Made by a program: the position numbers and the translations under genes. Below the pieces are notes generated by a model that was given only the letters and a program-made list of their open reading frames with translations, ran no database searches and was not told the origin of the DNA. 64,000 nt of DNA, taken from the IMG/VR virus record IMGVR_UViG_3300044630_004720; one strand, 5' to 3'. Source of the DNA: a virus (Duplodnaviria > Caudoviricetes). Shown one piece after another: positions 48,501-57,946 of the stretch; positions within the stretch are counted from its first letter, which is position 1, and each line of letters starts with the position of its first letter.

Positions 48501-51500
48501 GTAGAAACGGTGAAGATATTGATTTTTACTTTGAACCAATCTATGGAATAAAAGAAGAAGAATGTGGTTTAAAGGTTGTTGCCGCAGGTCCTTGTATACC
48601 ATATAGTGGAGATATAGAAAACTGTCAATTAGTTGAAGATGTTTATATTTTCGTATCAGGTTTTACAGGTATTGAAGCGGACACTATATGGGATGTTAAT
48701 TTTTATATTACAAGTGGAACCACCTGTGATACTGGTGTATGCACCAATTGTGAGTTTATTGAAATAAATGACCCAAAACCAATACAAAGAGGGGTTAACC
48801 CATCTACATTAGCAGTACAAAATTGTGTAACTACAGGTGATGTTACAGGTAAAGTTTACGTTATACCGGCAGTTAAAGAAACCGATGTGTATGATATTAT
48901 AGTATCAGACGCATCAAACTGTGAACAGAAAATTAGAATAGAAGGATTACAAAGAAAAATTGTACAATTATCTGACGAAGTTAGTGGATACACAATTAAT
49001 CCTAAAGTACAATATAAAACATCATTTGATTATGGTTTAAAGAAAGGTAGTAAAGTATACAAATATGTAAGCAACGGAATACCAACAACTTGGAATGATT
49101 TACAAACACATATTCTTTCTGGTTACACGGTTGAAGTGTTAATAGACGACATTCAAATCGGTGATGTAATATTATCGATAGAACAAAAAGATTGTGGAGA
49201 ACTGCCATCAAACCTATTTAATTTTATTGATGACCAAGGATATCAATTTACGTTTGACTATAAATGGGTTACGGTTAATAGAAAAGAATGTTTCTCTTCT
49301 ATTAAGAAAGATATCATAAATGATGAATTTGAAATTTTACCAACTAGTAAAGTTTTAGTATACACTAATATTGATGAAAATTTACAACCAATTCCGTATC
49401 AATTTAAATTCAAACATCCTGAAGATTTATTTGTAAGACCCGAACAACCTGAAGAACCTTGTTGTGAATATCCTGAAAATTATTTTCAAAGTGGTGATTT
49501 CTTAATCAACCAATTTGGTTTTCCAATAGAAGTAACAAGTGTAGATTTAAATTATTGTGATAGAGGAATTTATTATACGTTGGTAACAACAAATGATGAA
49601 TTATCTACAAATAGCAATAACATTATTGTAAATGGTAAGTCAGGGGAGACAGACAGATTAATAGTTTCTTTCATTAATAATTCAAAACAAGACGGAACAT
49701 CAAGTTCATTTAAATTCGAATGTTTAGATATTGACATTGAGGAGTGGTACTATGGTTACATTTGTGATACGGGTAAAACAATAACAAGAGACATAGATTG
49801 TACTGATAGTGTTTGTTCACAATCACCAGTAAGTAGTAGTACCTGTGAGGCGTTTGTTGGTGAAATAACAACTCCTACACCTACCCCAACCCCAAGTCCT
49901 ACTCCAACACCGACCGCAACACCTACACCAACTGCAACTGCAACGCCGACTGTAACGCCAACGCCGACTGCTACGCCAACACCAACCGCAACGGGTACAC
50001 CAACACCTACACCAACTGCAACACCTACACCAACATCAACTCCTACCCCAACACCAACTGCAACAGGTACACCAACACCTACTCCAACCCCTACCTCAAC
50101 ACCAATATGTGATTTTGATATTGATGTGGTTGTAACATACACAACAGCGACACCAACTCCTACTCCTACGGCAACCCCTACACCTACCGCAACACCGGTT
50201 TGTGATTTTGATATTGATATTGTTGTGGCAACATCAACCCCAACCCCAACACCTACGCCAACACCAACACCAACTGCAACACCAATATGTGATTTTGATA
50301 TTGACATTGTTGTAGTAACAGCAACCGCAACCCCTACACCAACACCTACGGCAACAGGCACTCCAACTCCAACTCCGACCGCAACACCAGTTTGTGAGTT
50401 TGACATTGATGTTGTGGTAGTATTAGCAACTGCAACTCCTACACCAACACCGACAGCAACGTCTACACCAACACCGACACCTACTTCAACCCCAATATGT
50501 GATTTTGATATCGACGTGGATATATTAACATCTACGCCAACACCAACCCCAACCGCAACACCTACACCTACACCAACAGAGACTGGAACACCGACACCTA
50601 CACCAACATCTACTCCAATTTGTGAGTTTGATATTGATGTTGTAGTGGTAACATCGACTGTAACTCCCACACCAACAGCAACAAGTACACCAACCCCTAC
50701 ACCGACTCCAACGGTTGACCCTTGTATAGATTGTCCTGAAGGTTATGTATGGACATATGTTGGAGATGGAATTTGCACCTCAACTGATGTTGTATCTGCA
50801 ACTCCACCAACGTCATCATATACTGCGTTTGAAAGAAAGTACTTTGAGTACAGTATGAGTGGTACAACGGTTTATCAATCAGGTTGGAATATAAATGGTA
50901 CAGGTACATCACAAGTACAATTAAACACTGCAAATCTTTGGAAGAATACAACTGGAACGTCTCCAAGTAATCCAGGTAACGGACCATTAAACAGAACAGG
51001 GCTATGGGCAAATCTTGACACTGCGGACCCAATTGATTATCCATTACAAACGTGGTTAGGATTTAATGCTTGTATCACAGGATTTACAGGTGGATTATAT
51101 TATGTAGGTATTGGTGCCGATAACGAATTCAGATTAGAAGTTGATGGTGTTGTTGTGTTAGACACATTTGCCAATTCAGGTCTTAATGAGCTAGCTAAAT
51201 TTAGAACTTGGCACGTTTACCCTGTAACATTAAGTGCGGGAGACCACATCATTGGATTGTATGGTTATAACTTATTAGGAAATCAAACGAATCCAGCAGG
51301 ATTTGGTTGTGAAATATATGATAACACATTAGCAGAATTAACAGGAGCAACATCAGTAAACGATTTGAATATCGTGTTCACCTCAACAGACTTTATTGGT
51401 GATATTATCCCTGTTGTTAAAGATGTAAATGGTGTTTATTTAGCGTCAGGATATACTTGTCCAACAGGATATGAATACGCACAATGTACAGGAAATTGTT

Positions 51501-52852
51501 GGAAGACAATATATTGTCCTGATAATACTACACCAACTCCTACACCAACCGTAACACCAACTCCTACAGAGACCGGAACACCAACACCTACGCCGACACC
51601 AACTGATACGGGTACACCAACACCAACGCCAACGGCAACTCCTACTCCAACTCCTACACCAACTGCAACACCGGTTTGTGAATTCGGAATTGAGGTAATT
51701 GTTATACCGGCGACACCAACCCCTACACCTACCGCAACACCAACCCCTACACCTACTGAAACAGGTACCCCAACTCCAACCCCAACGTCGACTCCAATAT
51801 GTGAGTTCGATATTGATGTCGTTGTGGTACAACCAACAAGTACACCTACACCGACCGCAACTCCGACTTCAACGCCAACACCTACACCAACCGATACCGC
51901 AACACCAACACCTACCCCTACATCTACAATAGATTGTACGTTTGAAGCGTCATTCACAGAATATTTCGAATCAACACCAACACCAACACCTACCCCAACA
52001 CCAACAATCACACCGATATGTTGTGTATCAGGAGTTACATTAAATGTAACAGACCCAGGATGGATTAAATTTAAACTATGTGACGGAACGGATGAATATC
52101 GTGAATACACTACTACAGGTACTAAAGTTATCACCGAATGTATTCAACAAAATAGTGTTGCGGTTGGTGTACCATACGCTGACTTAGCCGCGTTCACAGT
52201 TAGTGGAGGAGGTACAAATTGTGGAGGAGATTGTCCTCCGGCAATTGTGATTGATGAGAACACAAAAATTAACATATTCTTTGATAGTTCGGGTTCTATG
52301 AACGACACGTTACCACCATTACAAACAATGAGAAATTCAACATTGAAGAATTGTTTATTACCATTCTATAATAACAATAGTGCAAAATATGATAGTTTAG
52401 TAACAATTACATCATATCCGAATGAAAGAACATTTTTTTGGTTAACAACAACTAGTGGAACCACTACAAATGTTTCAAAAGTTATAAACCTTGTGTTTAC
52501 TGATGAAAACTCACCATACGGAGCTGGTCAAGAACACACAACTCAATGGAATACAAGAACATCAGACTATAACACAGATATGTCTCTGTTAAGAAGTGTT
52601 TTAAATCGTACACCTAATTCAGAATATTATAGAGCAATAATTTTTAGAGTACAGGGATATAACGTATTCAGTAATTTCTTAACAGCAGTATTCAATGGTA
52701 CGGGTTCATACTCAGGAACGAATGGATTGTCTGATAAAACTAATATGGTAAGTTTTATTCCAAATGTAACAGCGGCATCGACAGCTCAATATTACACAAA
52801 CCAAATAATAAGTGCAATTAATACTTTAGGATATAACTTAAGTCCGTGTTGA
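45512..52852 (+). CDS. Giant baseplate wedge/fibre protein: P2 gpI/gp7-like region, degenerate Hint-like domain, PT repeats, PA14-like and vWA-like domains
   Basis: [14 protein letters not shown]...[14 protein letters not shown] (gpI-like); [12 protein letters not shown]...[15 protein letters not shown] (Hint-like); [12 protein letters not shown]...[12 protein letters not shown] (PA14-like); FFDSSGSM (MIDAS). Confidence 0.65.
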   Translation: MATRKVPSQAASGGETFNDKLIGLQITDGSSQLANTAFLIDRVIPEKDSKNFLTQPFSDFLTLDTLQEETSQIYENNSTSTSFERSKKIKFHNSKSDATKSLFGSLSVRLSVAVSNVIEKYPAAMLVDVDSPVSTTSISAEDISYDGIANTTQFKFKKSLIYNPFDIVIQQPESVVILNSKNTYRDFYSSYTKYVIDNLSGSTYEILSYDEPDNNGYINLRVSGKCFANTTGYTENYLIRPNNGVTEEFFNSLDELETSLVDRESYPKYTASFRIPMDLYDGAVSELQTETATWPISRDGWNLQIIGLDYESYITRLSNIGNIVDDYKSNLIIRFLSSPQLFEFDTEEKKAEAIFQLYGQSFDKVKKFIDNIAYMRNVSYDKTNNVPDVLLKNLSETLGLSTVNLYDEKSLQDTLYTRHTQQYDGVLTGLNLLEGEYEFYRRLIVNLAHLYKTKGTRLAIEFFLKFIGAPEPMIRLDEYIYKVDGLLPKSTYENDIREVILGVKEFHTMEFVPTTTTINGTTYSAYTYRLVTTSGSTTLTRDEYPVYSDGTPKAKNSLDGSHYFAKGAGWYRKTLDHRSIDILDTENSVLTGNTKVLKTKSKPFTYGEDYFNVYRKLPGLDYGYDLNGEINNDKTEIIDDSEVEHILNRKNVNIFLDGSRAIDYDIYTKSRNLSLTFGTLPPQEKPSFAEFLKEAISNVIRNSNTIKYRKEYRLLKKVYEDYANSNGFTPYNYIKINEFIQRMSPYWVNIIDQFVPATTQWLGGNLIENGTFGRSKFQYKQPCTPKEFVEVLYPDFETVIEEDLETILGGGTTTYEASNYDSLRGLSILTGLTYTIYLRINDVEFNQSTSVLNDEIFGTGFTSTASCLPLVYTGSTSGIPLICGYKGDYSNSDSTVNGINNWQGINLDLPTIKTIWKNSLTSLVQKINDGLTGLTENNTITKITFDDYGCIDEYAPYTAQTNTSSCRQVTKNSLSVNFFIDTDGVEKAKFILDTTDCRNGEDIDFYFEPIYGIKEEECGLKVVAAGPCIPYSGDIENCQLVEDVYIFVSGFTGIEADTIWDVNFYITSGTTCDTGVCTNCEFIEINDPKPIQRGVNPSTLAVQNCVTTGDVTGKVYVIPAVKETDVYDIIVSDASNCEQKIRIEGLQRKIVQLSDEVSGYTINPKVQYKTSFDYGLKKGSKVYKYVSNGIPTTWNDLQTHILSGYTVEVLIDDIQIGDVILSIEQKDCGELPSNLFNFIDDQGYQFTFDYKWVTVNRKECFSSIKKDIINDEFEILPTSKVLVYTNIDENLQPIPYQFKFKHPEDLFVRPEQPEEPCCEYPENYFQSGDFLINQFGFPIEVTSVDLNYCDRGIYYTLVTTNDELSTNSNNIIVNGKSGETDRLIVSFINNSKQDGTSSSFKFECLDIDIEEWYYGYICDTGKTITRDIDCTDSVCSQSPVSSSTCEAFVGEITTPTPTPTPSPTPTPTATPTPTATATPTVTPTPTATPTPTATGTPTPTPTATPTPTSTPTPTPTATGTPTPTPTPTSTPICDFDIDVVVTYTTATPTPTPTATPTPTATPVCDFDIDIVVATSTPTPTPTPTPTPTATPICDFDIDIVVVTATATPTPTPTATGTPTPTPTATPVCEFDIDVVVVLATATPTPTPTATSTPTPTPTSTPICDFDIDVDILTSTPTPTPTATPTPTPTETGTPTPTPTSTPICEFDIDVVVVTSTVTPTPTATSTPTPTPTPTVDPCIDCPEGYVWTYVGDGICTSTDVVSATPPTSSYTAFERKYFEYSMSGTTVYQSGWNINGTGTSQVQLNTANLWKNTTGTSPSNPGNGPLNRTGLWANLDTADPIDYPLQTWLGFNACITGFTGGLYYVGIGADNEFRLEVDGVVVLDTFANSGLNELAKFRTWHVYPVTLSAGDHIIGLYGYNLLGNQTNPAGFGCEIYDNTLAELTGATSVNDLNIVFTSTDFIGDIIPVVKDVNGVYLASGYTCPTGYEYAQCTGNCWKTIYCPDNTTPTPTPTVTPTPTETGTPTPTPTPTDTGTPTPTPTATPTPTPTPTATPVCEFGIEVIVIPATPTPTPTATPTPTPTETGTPTPTPTSTPICEFDIDVVVVQPTSTPTPTATPTSTPTPTPTDTATPTPTPTSTIDCTFEASFTEYFESTPTPTPTPTPTITPICCVSGVTLNVTDPGWIKFKLCDGTDEYREYTTTGTKVITECIQQNSVAVGVPYADLAAFTVSGGGTNCGGDCPPAIVIDENTKINIFFDSSGSMNDTLPPLQTMRNSTLKNCLLPFYNNNSAKYDSLVTITSYPNERTFFWLTTTSGTTTNVSKVINLVFTDENSPYGAGQEHTTQWNTRTSDYNTDMSLLRSVLNRTPNSEYYRAIIFRVQGYNVFSNFLTAVFNGTGSYSGTNGLSDKTNMVSFIPNVTAASTAQYYTNQIISAINTLGYNLSPC
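49871..52010 (+). repeat. Pro-Thr coding repeats (two blocks) punctuated by (I/V)C(D/E)F(D/G)I(D/E)V motifs
   Basis: Degenerate ACN-CCN hexamer repeats at about 49871-50712 and 51526-52010; eight spacer motifs counted. Confidence 0.95.
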
Positions 52853-52871
52853 TAGATAATTAAAATAATAG

Positions 52872-54356
52872 ATGGCAAGATATTTTTACATATTAATTAC
52901 AGGAGGAACATCATCAGGACCTTACTCTGCGTATTATGATACTGTGAGTTCTTCTAACTATGCCACAAAAATCAGCACAAATTTACCCGCAACTGGTATG
53001 ACATATAATGATTTGACAACAGGTCAAGGAGTTAATGTATCGATACCAGACGGAAGTACTTCAATTATTTTATATAATGAATTATGTAATAGTGATATTA
53101 CTTTAATATTCCCAACACCAACCCCAACCCCTACACCTACGGCAACAGGTACACCGACCCCTACACCGACAGTAACACCAACTGAAACTCCAGAACCTAC
53201 ACCAACGGCAACTCCTACACCAACTCCTACACCAACTGCAACACCGGTTTGTGAATTCGGAATTGAGGTAATTGTTATACCGGCAACTCCAACCCCAACA
53301 CCAACACCTACTAACACATCAACCCCAACTCCAACCCCAACACCAACGGATACAGCCACTCCAACCCCAACTCCTACTAACACCCCTACGCCTACACCAA
53401 CTAACACCCCAACTCCTACACCGACCGCAACACCAATATGTGAGTTTGGAATTGACGTTGTGGTAATACCTGCAACTGCTACACCAACACCTACACCAAC
53501 TGCAACACCTACGAATACACCAACCGCAACACCAACACCTACACCTACGGCGACACCAACTGATACACCAACACCTACGCCGACACCGACCGCAACACCT
53601 ACTAACACTCCTACGCCAACACCAACTAACACCCCAACTCCTACACCAACTGCAACACCAATATGTGAATTTGGAATTTATGTTACTGTAATACCAGCAA
53701 CTGCAACTCCTACGCCAACACCTACGAATACACCAACACCAACACCTACTAACACTCCTACACCTACACCTACGGCGACTCCAACAGATACGCCTACACC
53801 GACACCTACGGCGACTCCAACAGATACGCCTACACCAACACCAACTAACACTCCAACTCCTACACCTACGGCCACTCCGACATCAACACCAACACCATTA
53901 CCTTGTGTGGCTGAAATTACAAATGTAAGTAATCCAACAAGTTGTGGTAACAATATTGATGGTTCATTCACATTAACATCTTCAGGTGGTGTTTGGAATA
54001 GAACTTATGAACTATTTAAAGATAGTTCGTTCCCATATGAAACAACTGGAGGTATCTCAATTCAAACTTGGACTGACGTAACAGAATTTGGTAAAAATAT
54101 TTCAGTTACAGGATTAGAACCAGGTGGATACTATTTGAAAATTACAGATGTTGGTGGATGTGTTGATTACAGTGAAGTTGTGGTATTACCATTCGATGAT
54201 ACACCTTGCGTCACACCAACACCTACGCCATCAGTACAATACTGTTATACGGACGGAAATGGTATAGTACAAGGACCATTCTCGACATTACAAGAATGTA
54301 CAGCGAATTCTGGCGCTAGAGTATGTGAACAATGTGTTGGTGAACCAATAACTTAA
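52872..54356 (+). CDS. Pro-Thr-rich fibre-like protein with a SprB-like repeat
   Basis: PT tract with three CEFGI.V.VI spacers; [17 protein letters not shown]...[17 protein letters not shown] resembles the SprB repeat. Confidence 0.6.
   Translation: MARYFYILITGGTSSGPYSAYYDTVSSSNYATKISTNLPATGMTYNDLTTGQGVNVSIPDGSTSIILYNELCNSDITLIFPTPTPTPTPTATGTPTPTPTVTPTETPEPTPTATPTPTPTPTATPVCEFGIEVIVIPATPTPTPTPTNTSTPTPTPTPTDTATPTPTPTNTPTPTPTNTPTPTPTATPICEFGIDVVVIPATATPTPTPTATPTNTPTATPTPTPTATPTDTPTPTPTPTATPTNTPTPTPTNTPTPTPTATPICEFGIYVTVIPATATPTPTPTNTPTPTPTNTPTPTPTATPTDTPTPTPTATPTDTPTPTPTNTPTPTPTATPTSTPTPLPCVAEITNVSNPTSCGNNIDGSFTLTSSGGVWNRTYELFKDSSFPYETTGGISIQTWTDVTEFGKNISVTGLEPGGYYLKITDVGGCVDYSEVVVLPFDDTPCVTPTPTPSVQYCYTDGNGIVQGPFSTLQECTANSGARVCEQCVGEPIT
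53113..53900 (+). repeat. Pro-Thr coding repeat block
   Basis: Degenerate ACN-CCN repeats seen directly in the sequence. Confidence 0.95.
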
Positions 54357-54433
54357 AAGTATATGTCGAAGAGCTCAGATTGTTTGTACACAATTTGAAG
54401 TTTAAGACTTTAGAATAATAATAAAAAATAAGA

Positions 54434-54441
54434 TATTTATA
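54434..54441 (+). promoter_or_regulatory. Putative late promoter motif TATTTATA for the stand-alone Hint gene
   Basis: In the 101-bp intergenic gap, 16 nt before the ATG at 54458. Confidence 0.55.
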
Positions 54442-54457
54442 TAGAAACCAAACAGAA

Positions 54458-54919
54458 ATGAAAAATCAAAAAGGAGGATGTTTAATCCAAGGAACTTTAA
54501 TTACATTATCCGATGATACCACCAAGTCAATAGAAAACATTGAAGTGGGTGATATTGTAAAATCAATGGTATATGACAGTGAAACAAGTGGATTCACAGA
54601 AACAACAGGAACAGTTGTTGAATTACAACAAGTTGAAGCCACTGTAGTGTTTTCATTGAACGAAGGTTTAATAACTGTGTCAGAAGACCATAAAAATATT
54701 GTAAAGCAATCAGAATCAGGAAATATTGTTGTAACAGAAACTGAATTTGTTTCTGTAGGTGACAAATTATTTGACATAAACGGAGCAGAAGTTGAAATTA
54801 CAAGTAAAGATGAAATTGAAACACCTCAAACTGTTTATAACATCGTTGTAGATAATACACATAGTTTCTTTGCCAATAATATTTTAACACATAATCAAAT
54901 TCTACCAACAGAAGAATAA
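54458..54919 (+). CDS. Stand-alone Hint (bacterial intein-like / Hedgehog-intein) domain protein
   Basis: MKNQKGG|CLIQGTLI...KSIENIEVGDIV...SEDH...VGDKL...VYNIVVDNTHSFFANNILTHN|QILPTEE. Confidence 0.9.
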   Translation: MKNQKGGCLIQGTLITLSDDTTKSIENIEVGDIVKSMVYDSETSGFTETTGTVVELQQVEATVVFSLNEGLITVSEDHKNIVKQSESGNIVVTETEFVSVGDKLFDINGAEVEITSKDEIETPQTVYNIVVDNTHSFFANNILTHNQILPTEE

Positions 54920-54932
54920 ATTTTAAAACAAT

Positions 54933-55619
54933 ATGTTAGTAACATTTTATTTATCAGGACCATATTCATCAACAACAGTATCAAGTAAATTTACGATTGT
55001 TGGTAACCCGGGTGCGGAAACATTTACGGGAGTAACTAAAACACAATTGTTAACGGGACATTCGTTAACTTTCTCAGAATCGGTAACGGGTGGTACAGTA
55101 ACAACAACCGAACCTGAAACTTGCGTTGGTACAGTTGTTAACTGGTTTGTTGAACCACAAACAACCCCAACCCCAACCCCAACTCCAACACAAACACAAG
55201 GAGATGGATATTGTTACAGCTATGAAGTTAGTGATACTGTAAATCAAAATAATTATGGTGTAAGATATACTGACCCTAACGTTGGTACAAGTCAAGATGT
55301 TAAATTTGATATGTTAATGGGAATTGATGATAATGGTTTCACAACATTTAACATATGTAGTACTGTTGACCCAACATTGTTAGATTACACAATAGCACCA
55401 CCTAACCCTACTGGCGTTGGTTCAGTACCTGGCGTGGCACGTTTTGGTGGTCTTACTCCTTGTACATCATCTCTTGGTTGTACATCATCATCAGGACCTG
55501 AATACTGTTATGTGAATGGACAATCTGTAGTAGTGGGACCATTCTCTACATTACAAGAATGTCAGGACGCTGCAGGTTCGTTTATATGTAGCCAATGTTT
55601 TGGTGAACCAGAACCTTAA
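54933..55619 (+). CDS. Cys-rich fibre-like protein with a short PT linker
   Basis: TPTPTPT linker; C-terminal YCY...GPFSTLQEC...C..C.GEP shared with 52872..54356. Confidence 0.55.
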   Translation: MLVTFYLSGPYSSTTVSSKFTIVGNPGAETFTGVTKTQLLTGHSLTFSESVTGGTVTTTEPETCVGTVVNWFVEPQTTPTPTPTPTQTQGDGYCYSYEVSDTVNQNNYGVRYTDPNVGTSQDVKFDMLMGIDDNGFTTFNICSTVDPTLLDYTIAPPNPTGVGSVPGVARFGGLTPCTSSLGCTSSSGPEYCYVNGQSVVVGPFSTLQECQDAAGSFICSQCFGEPEP

Positions 55620-55643
55620 AAGTATAATTAAAATCATAAAATT

Positions 55644-55671
55644 AAACCCCTTTATTTTAAGGGGTTTTTTT
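55644..55671 (+). terminator. Rho-independent terminator
   Basis: AAACCCCTT-TATTTT-AAGGGGTTT followed by Ts. Confidence 0.8.
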
Positions 55672-55715
55672 ATGGTTTATTTTTAATAAAAAAAAGGATA
55701 TACTATTTATGTATT

Positions 55716-57263
55716 ATGGGATTGGTAATCAAATTAAATAACATTATTTCACCAAATGCATTTACGGTTTCATATAAAACGGGACCAAATCCTTATCCGT
55801 TGGATTCAGGATTTACTCCGTATGGTGGAACGTATGGTGCAGGAACAACATTGGTTGTTGTTAGTGGTATAACTATTAATTTTAATAGTTCGTATTGGTT
55901 TAAAATTACCGATAATGTTACGAATAGATATATTATTGAAAATGTTGAGACAAACGACCCAATAGCATATATGAGTTGTTGTCCGATACCGGTGGACCCA
56001 ACCGCAACTTGTTATCACGAATGTTATCCACCGTCAAATGTGGATGCAGATTGTACTGGAATATTATCAACCCCTACACCAACAGCAACACCTACACCAA
56101 CAGCAACTCCTACACCAACTCCTACACCAACCCCTACACCAACAGCAACCGTGGAGGGACCAACACCAACACCTACCGTAACACCAACTCCTACACCAAC
56201 TGCAACTGCAACACCTACTCCGACCCCTACCCCTACATTGAATATTGTTGACCCTGAAGACCCTACTGTTTATTACTACTATGCAATGGGTGATTGTAAT
56301 GATATGAGATACGCGGGTACCGAAACAACTGTTTTTGGTTTCGGAGCACCAATGGTGGTTCCTGTTTGTATGACCTCCGCACAAATTACTCAATGGTACT
56401 CTACAGCTAATTTTGCACAACAAACGTTAAGTATTGATTACGATGACCCTTGTGCTTTTGGTGAAGGTTATTCAGGTGTAACAGTTGGTAGAAGTACAAC
56501 ACAATTAACAGAAGGAACCGTTTATCTTGTTGATAACCAATGTTTATCTGTTATTTCTGTTAATGAACAATACGTTGGACAATGGGGTGTTGATTTAGAT
56601 AATAGAACCCCAATAGGTGGTAGTAATCCTTGTGGGGCTTGTGACCCACCATTCACTGGTTATACATTAACAGGATATAGTGGTGTGACTTGCGATACAG
56701 GTGAAAATATCCTTGCGGTATCAATACTTGGTAGTTTAGTGGTGGGTAATGAATATGGAATACAATTGTATAGTGGAAATACCCCTATGGGTGATGCTAG
56801 ATGTATGACCATCAACGCCAATCTCGGTCCTCAACTTACTCTTACAGACCCAATAAATAATCCATATTCAGGATATCATATCACAGATGGAGGACCATTT
56901 GAATTAGGACAACCAATGTTCCAAGGATATACAGATTGTGGAACCTGTAATGCCGTACCTAAAAAATATAAAATAGATGGAGTAAGGTGTGACAACTCTC
57001 AATATAGTGTAACTGTATGGTCAGATACATTACCAACAATTGGAATTAATGATACGTTTAGAGTTAATGATTCATTCTTAAACACATTCTGTTGGAAGGT
57101 AACTGCAAAAGATAATTATAAAACAGTAGTATATGGATATCCTGAATATAACATTTTGGATACAGGATGTTCACCTTGTGATGGGTCGGCACCGATAACA
57201 CCGACTCCTATCCCAACTGATGATGGAGGTAGTGGAGGAAGCTCAGGAGGATACGGCGGTTAA
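55716..57263 (+). CDS. Cys-rich, Pro-Thr-rich fibre-like protein
   Basis: PT tract, then repeated Cys modules ending C..C (CGAC, CGTC, CSPC); Gly-rich C-terminus; TATTTAT at 55704. Confidence 0.55.
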   Translation: MGLVIKLNNIISPNAFTVSYKTGPNPYPLDSGFTPYGGTYGAGTTLVVVSGITINFNSSYWFKITDNVTNRYIIENVETNDPIAYMSCCPIPVDPTATCYHECYPPSNVDADCTGILSTPTPTATPTPTATPTPTPTPTPTPTATVEGPTPTPTVTPTPTPTATATPTPTPTPTLNIVDPEDPTVYYYYAMGDCNDMRYAGTETTVFGFGAPMVVPVCMTSAQITQWYSTANFAQQTLSIDYDDPCAFGEGYSGVTVGRSTTQLTEGTVYLVDNQCLSVISVNEQYVGQWGVDLDNRTPIGGSNPCGACDPPFTGYTLTGYSGVTCDTGENILAVSILGSLVVGNEYGIQLYSGNTPMGDARCMTINANLGPQLTLTDPINNPYSGYHITDGGPFELGQPMFQGYTDCGTCNAVPKKYKIDGVRCDNSQYSVTVWSDTLPTIGINDTFRVNDSFLNTFCWKVTAKDNYKTVVYGYPEYNILDTGCSPCDGSAPITPTPIPTDDGGSGGSSGGYGG

Positions 57264-57276
57264 AAAAATTAAATAT

Positions 57277-57921
57277 ATGGGAACATTTAATAGAGAAGCT
57301 AATTTAAACGATAGTATTTTTTTTCAAAGAGGAGTTGTTAAATCAACAAATCATTGGACAAGACCATCGTATCAAAAAGTCTATGATTTTTTATTTAATT
57401 TATATCTTAAATCGACAATCATTAAAGATTATGATGTTTATTTAATGGGAGGAGTTTTATTTGATTTCAATAACACTTGGGATTTAGATATGTGTCTTGT
57501 TGGTGGTAACCACACTGATGAAAAAATAGAAAAAGATTTAAATTTTATGATGGATATGGGATTAAATCAATTTAATCTATTATTAGATGTCACTTGGTAT
57601 GAACAAAGACCATCCAATTTAAGATATGACCAAATGGTTGAAAACGAGTTTAAACCAGACAATATTATTCACAAAAAAATAGGATATACCAAAAAACAAA
57701 TTAATAATGAATTTGAAGAAAAAGATTTAAGAAATGACCCAAACTTTATTTTATTGAGTGACTATTTGGTTCAAGGAAATTATGGAGTAAATGGTAGACA
57801 TACCGAAAAAATGATAAATAAAGTTCAAAATAACACGAAACCGGAAACAATAACAACATTTAGTGTTATGGATTTTTTAAAAGAAAATGAAAGTTATTTC
57901 CATTCTAACACAAATAGATAA
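57277..57921 (+). CDS. Pol-beta superfamily nucleotidyltransferase
   Basis: YLMGGVLFDFNNTWDLDMCL fits hG[GS]x9-13DhDh; likely third carboxylate in LLDVTW. Start placed at MGTFNRE. Confidence 0.65.
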   Translation: MGTFNREANLNDSIFFQRGVVKSTNHWTRPSYQKVYDFLFNLYLKSTIIKDYDVYLMGGVLFDFNNTWDLDMCLVGGNHTDEKIEKDLNFMMDMGLNQFNLLLDVTWYEQRPSNLRYDQMVENEFKPDNIIHKKIGYTKKQINNEFEEKDLRNDPNFILLSDYLVQGNYGVNGRHTEKMINKVQNNTKPETITTFSVMDFLKENESYFHSNTNR

Positions 57922-57946
57922 AATAAAAAAAACGTATTTATAATAA

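Noticed and set aside
51629-53284. Diversity-generating retroelement template/variable repeat pair
   Set aside because: No reverse transcriptase in the window, both copies are coding, and flanking differences are not restricted to adenines.
49871-53900. CRISPR array (repeat-spacer-like periodicity)
   Set aside because: Repeats are degenerate, in frame and protein-coding, and no cas genes are present. The PD-(D/E)XK nuclease at 63043 lacks the Cas4 Cys cluster.
54458-54919. Canonical splicing intein or homing element
   Set aside because: No endonuclease domain, the +1 residue is Gln, and there is no interrupted host gene. No inteins or introns were seen in polB, dnaB or nrdA.
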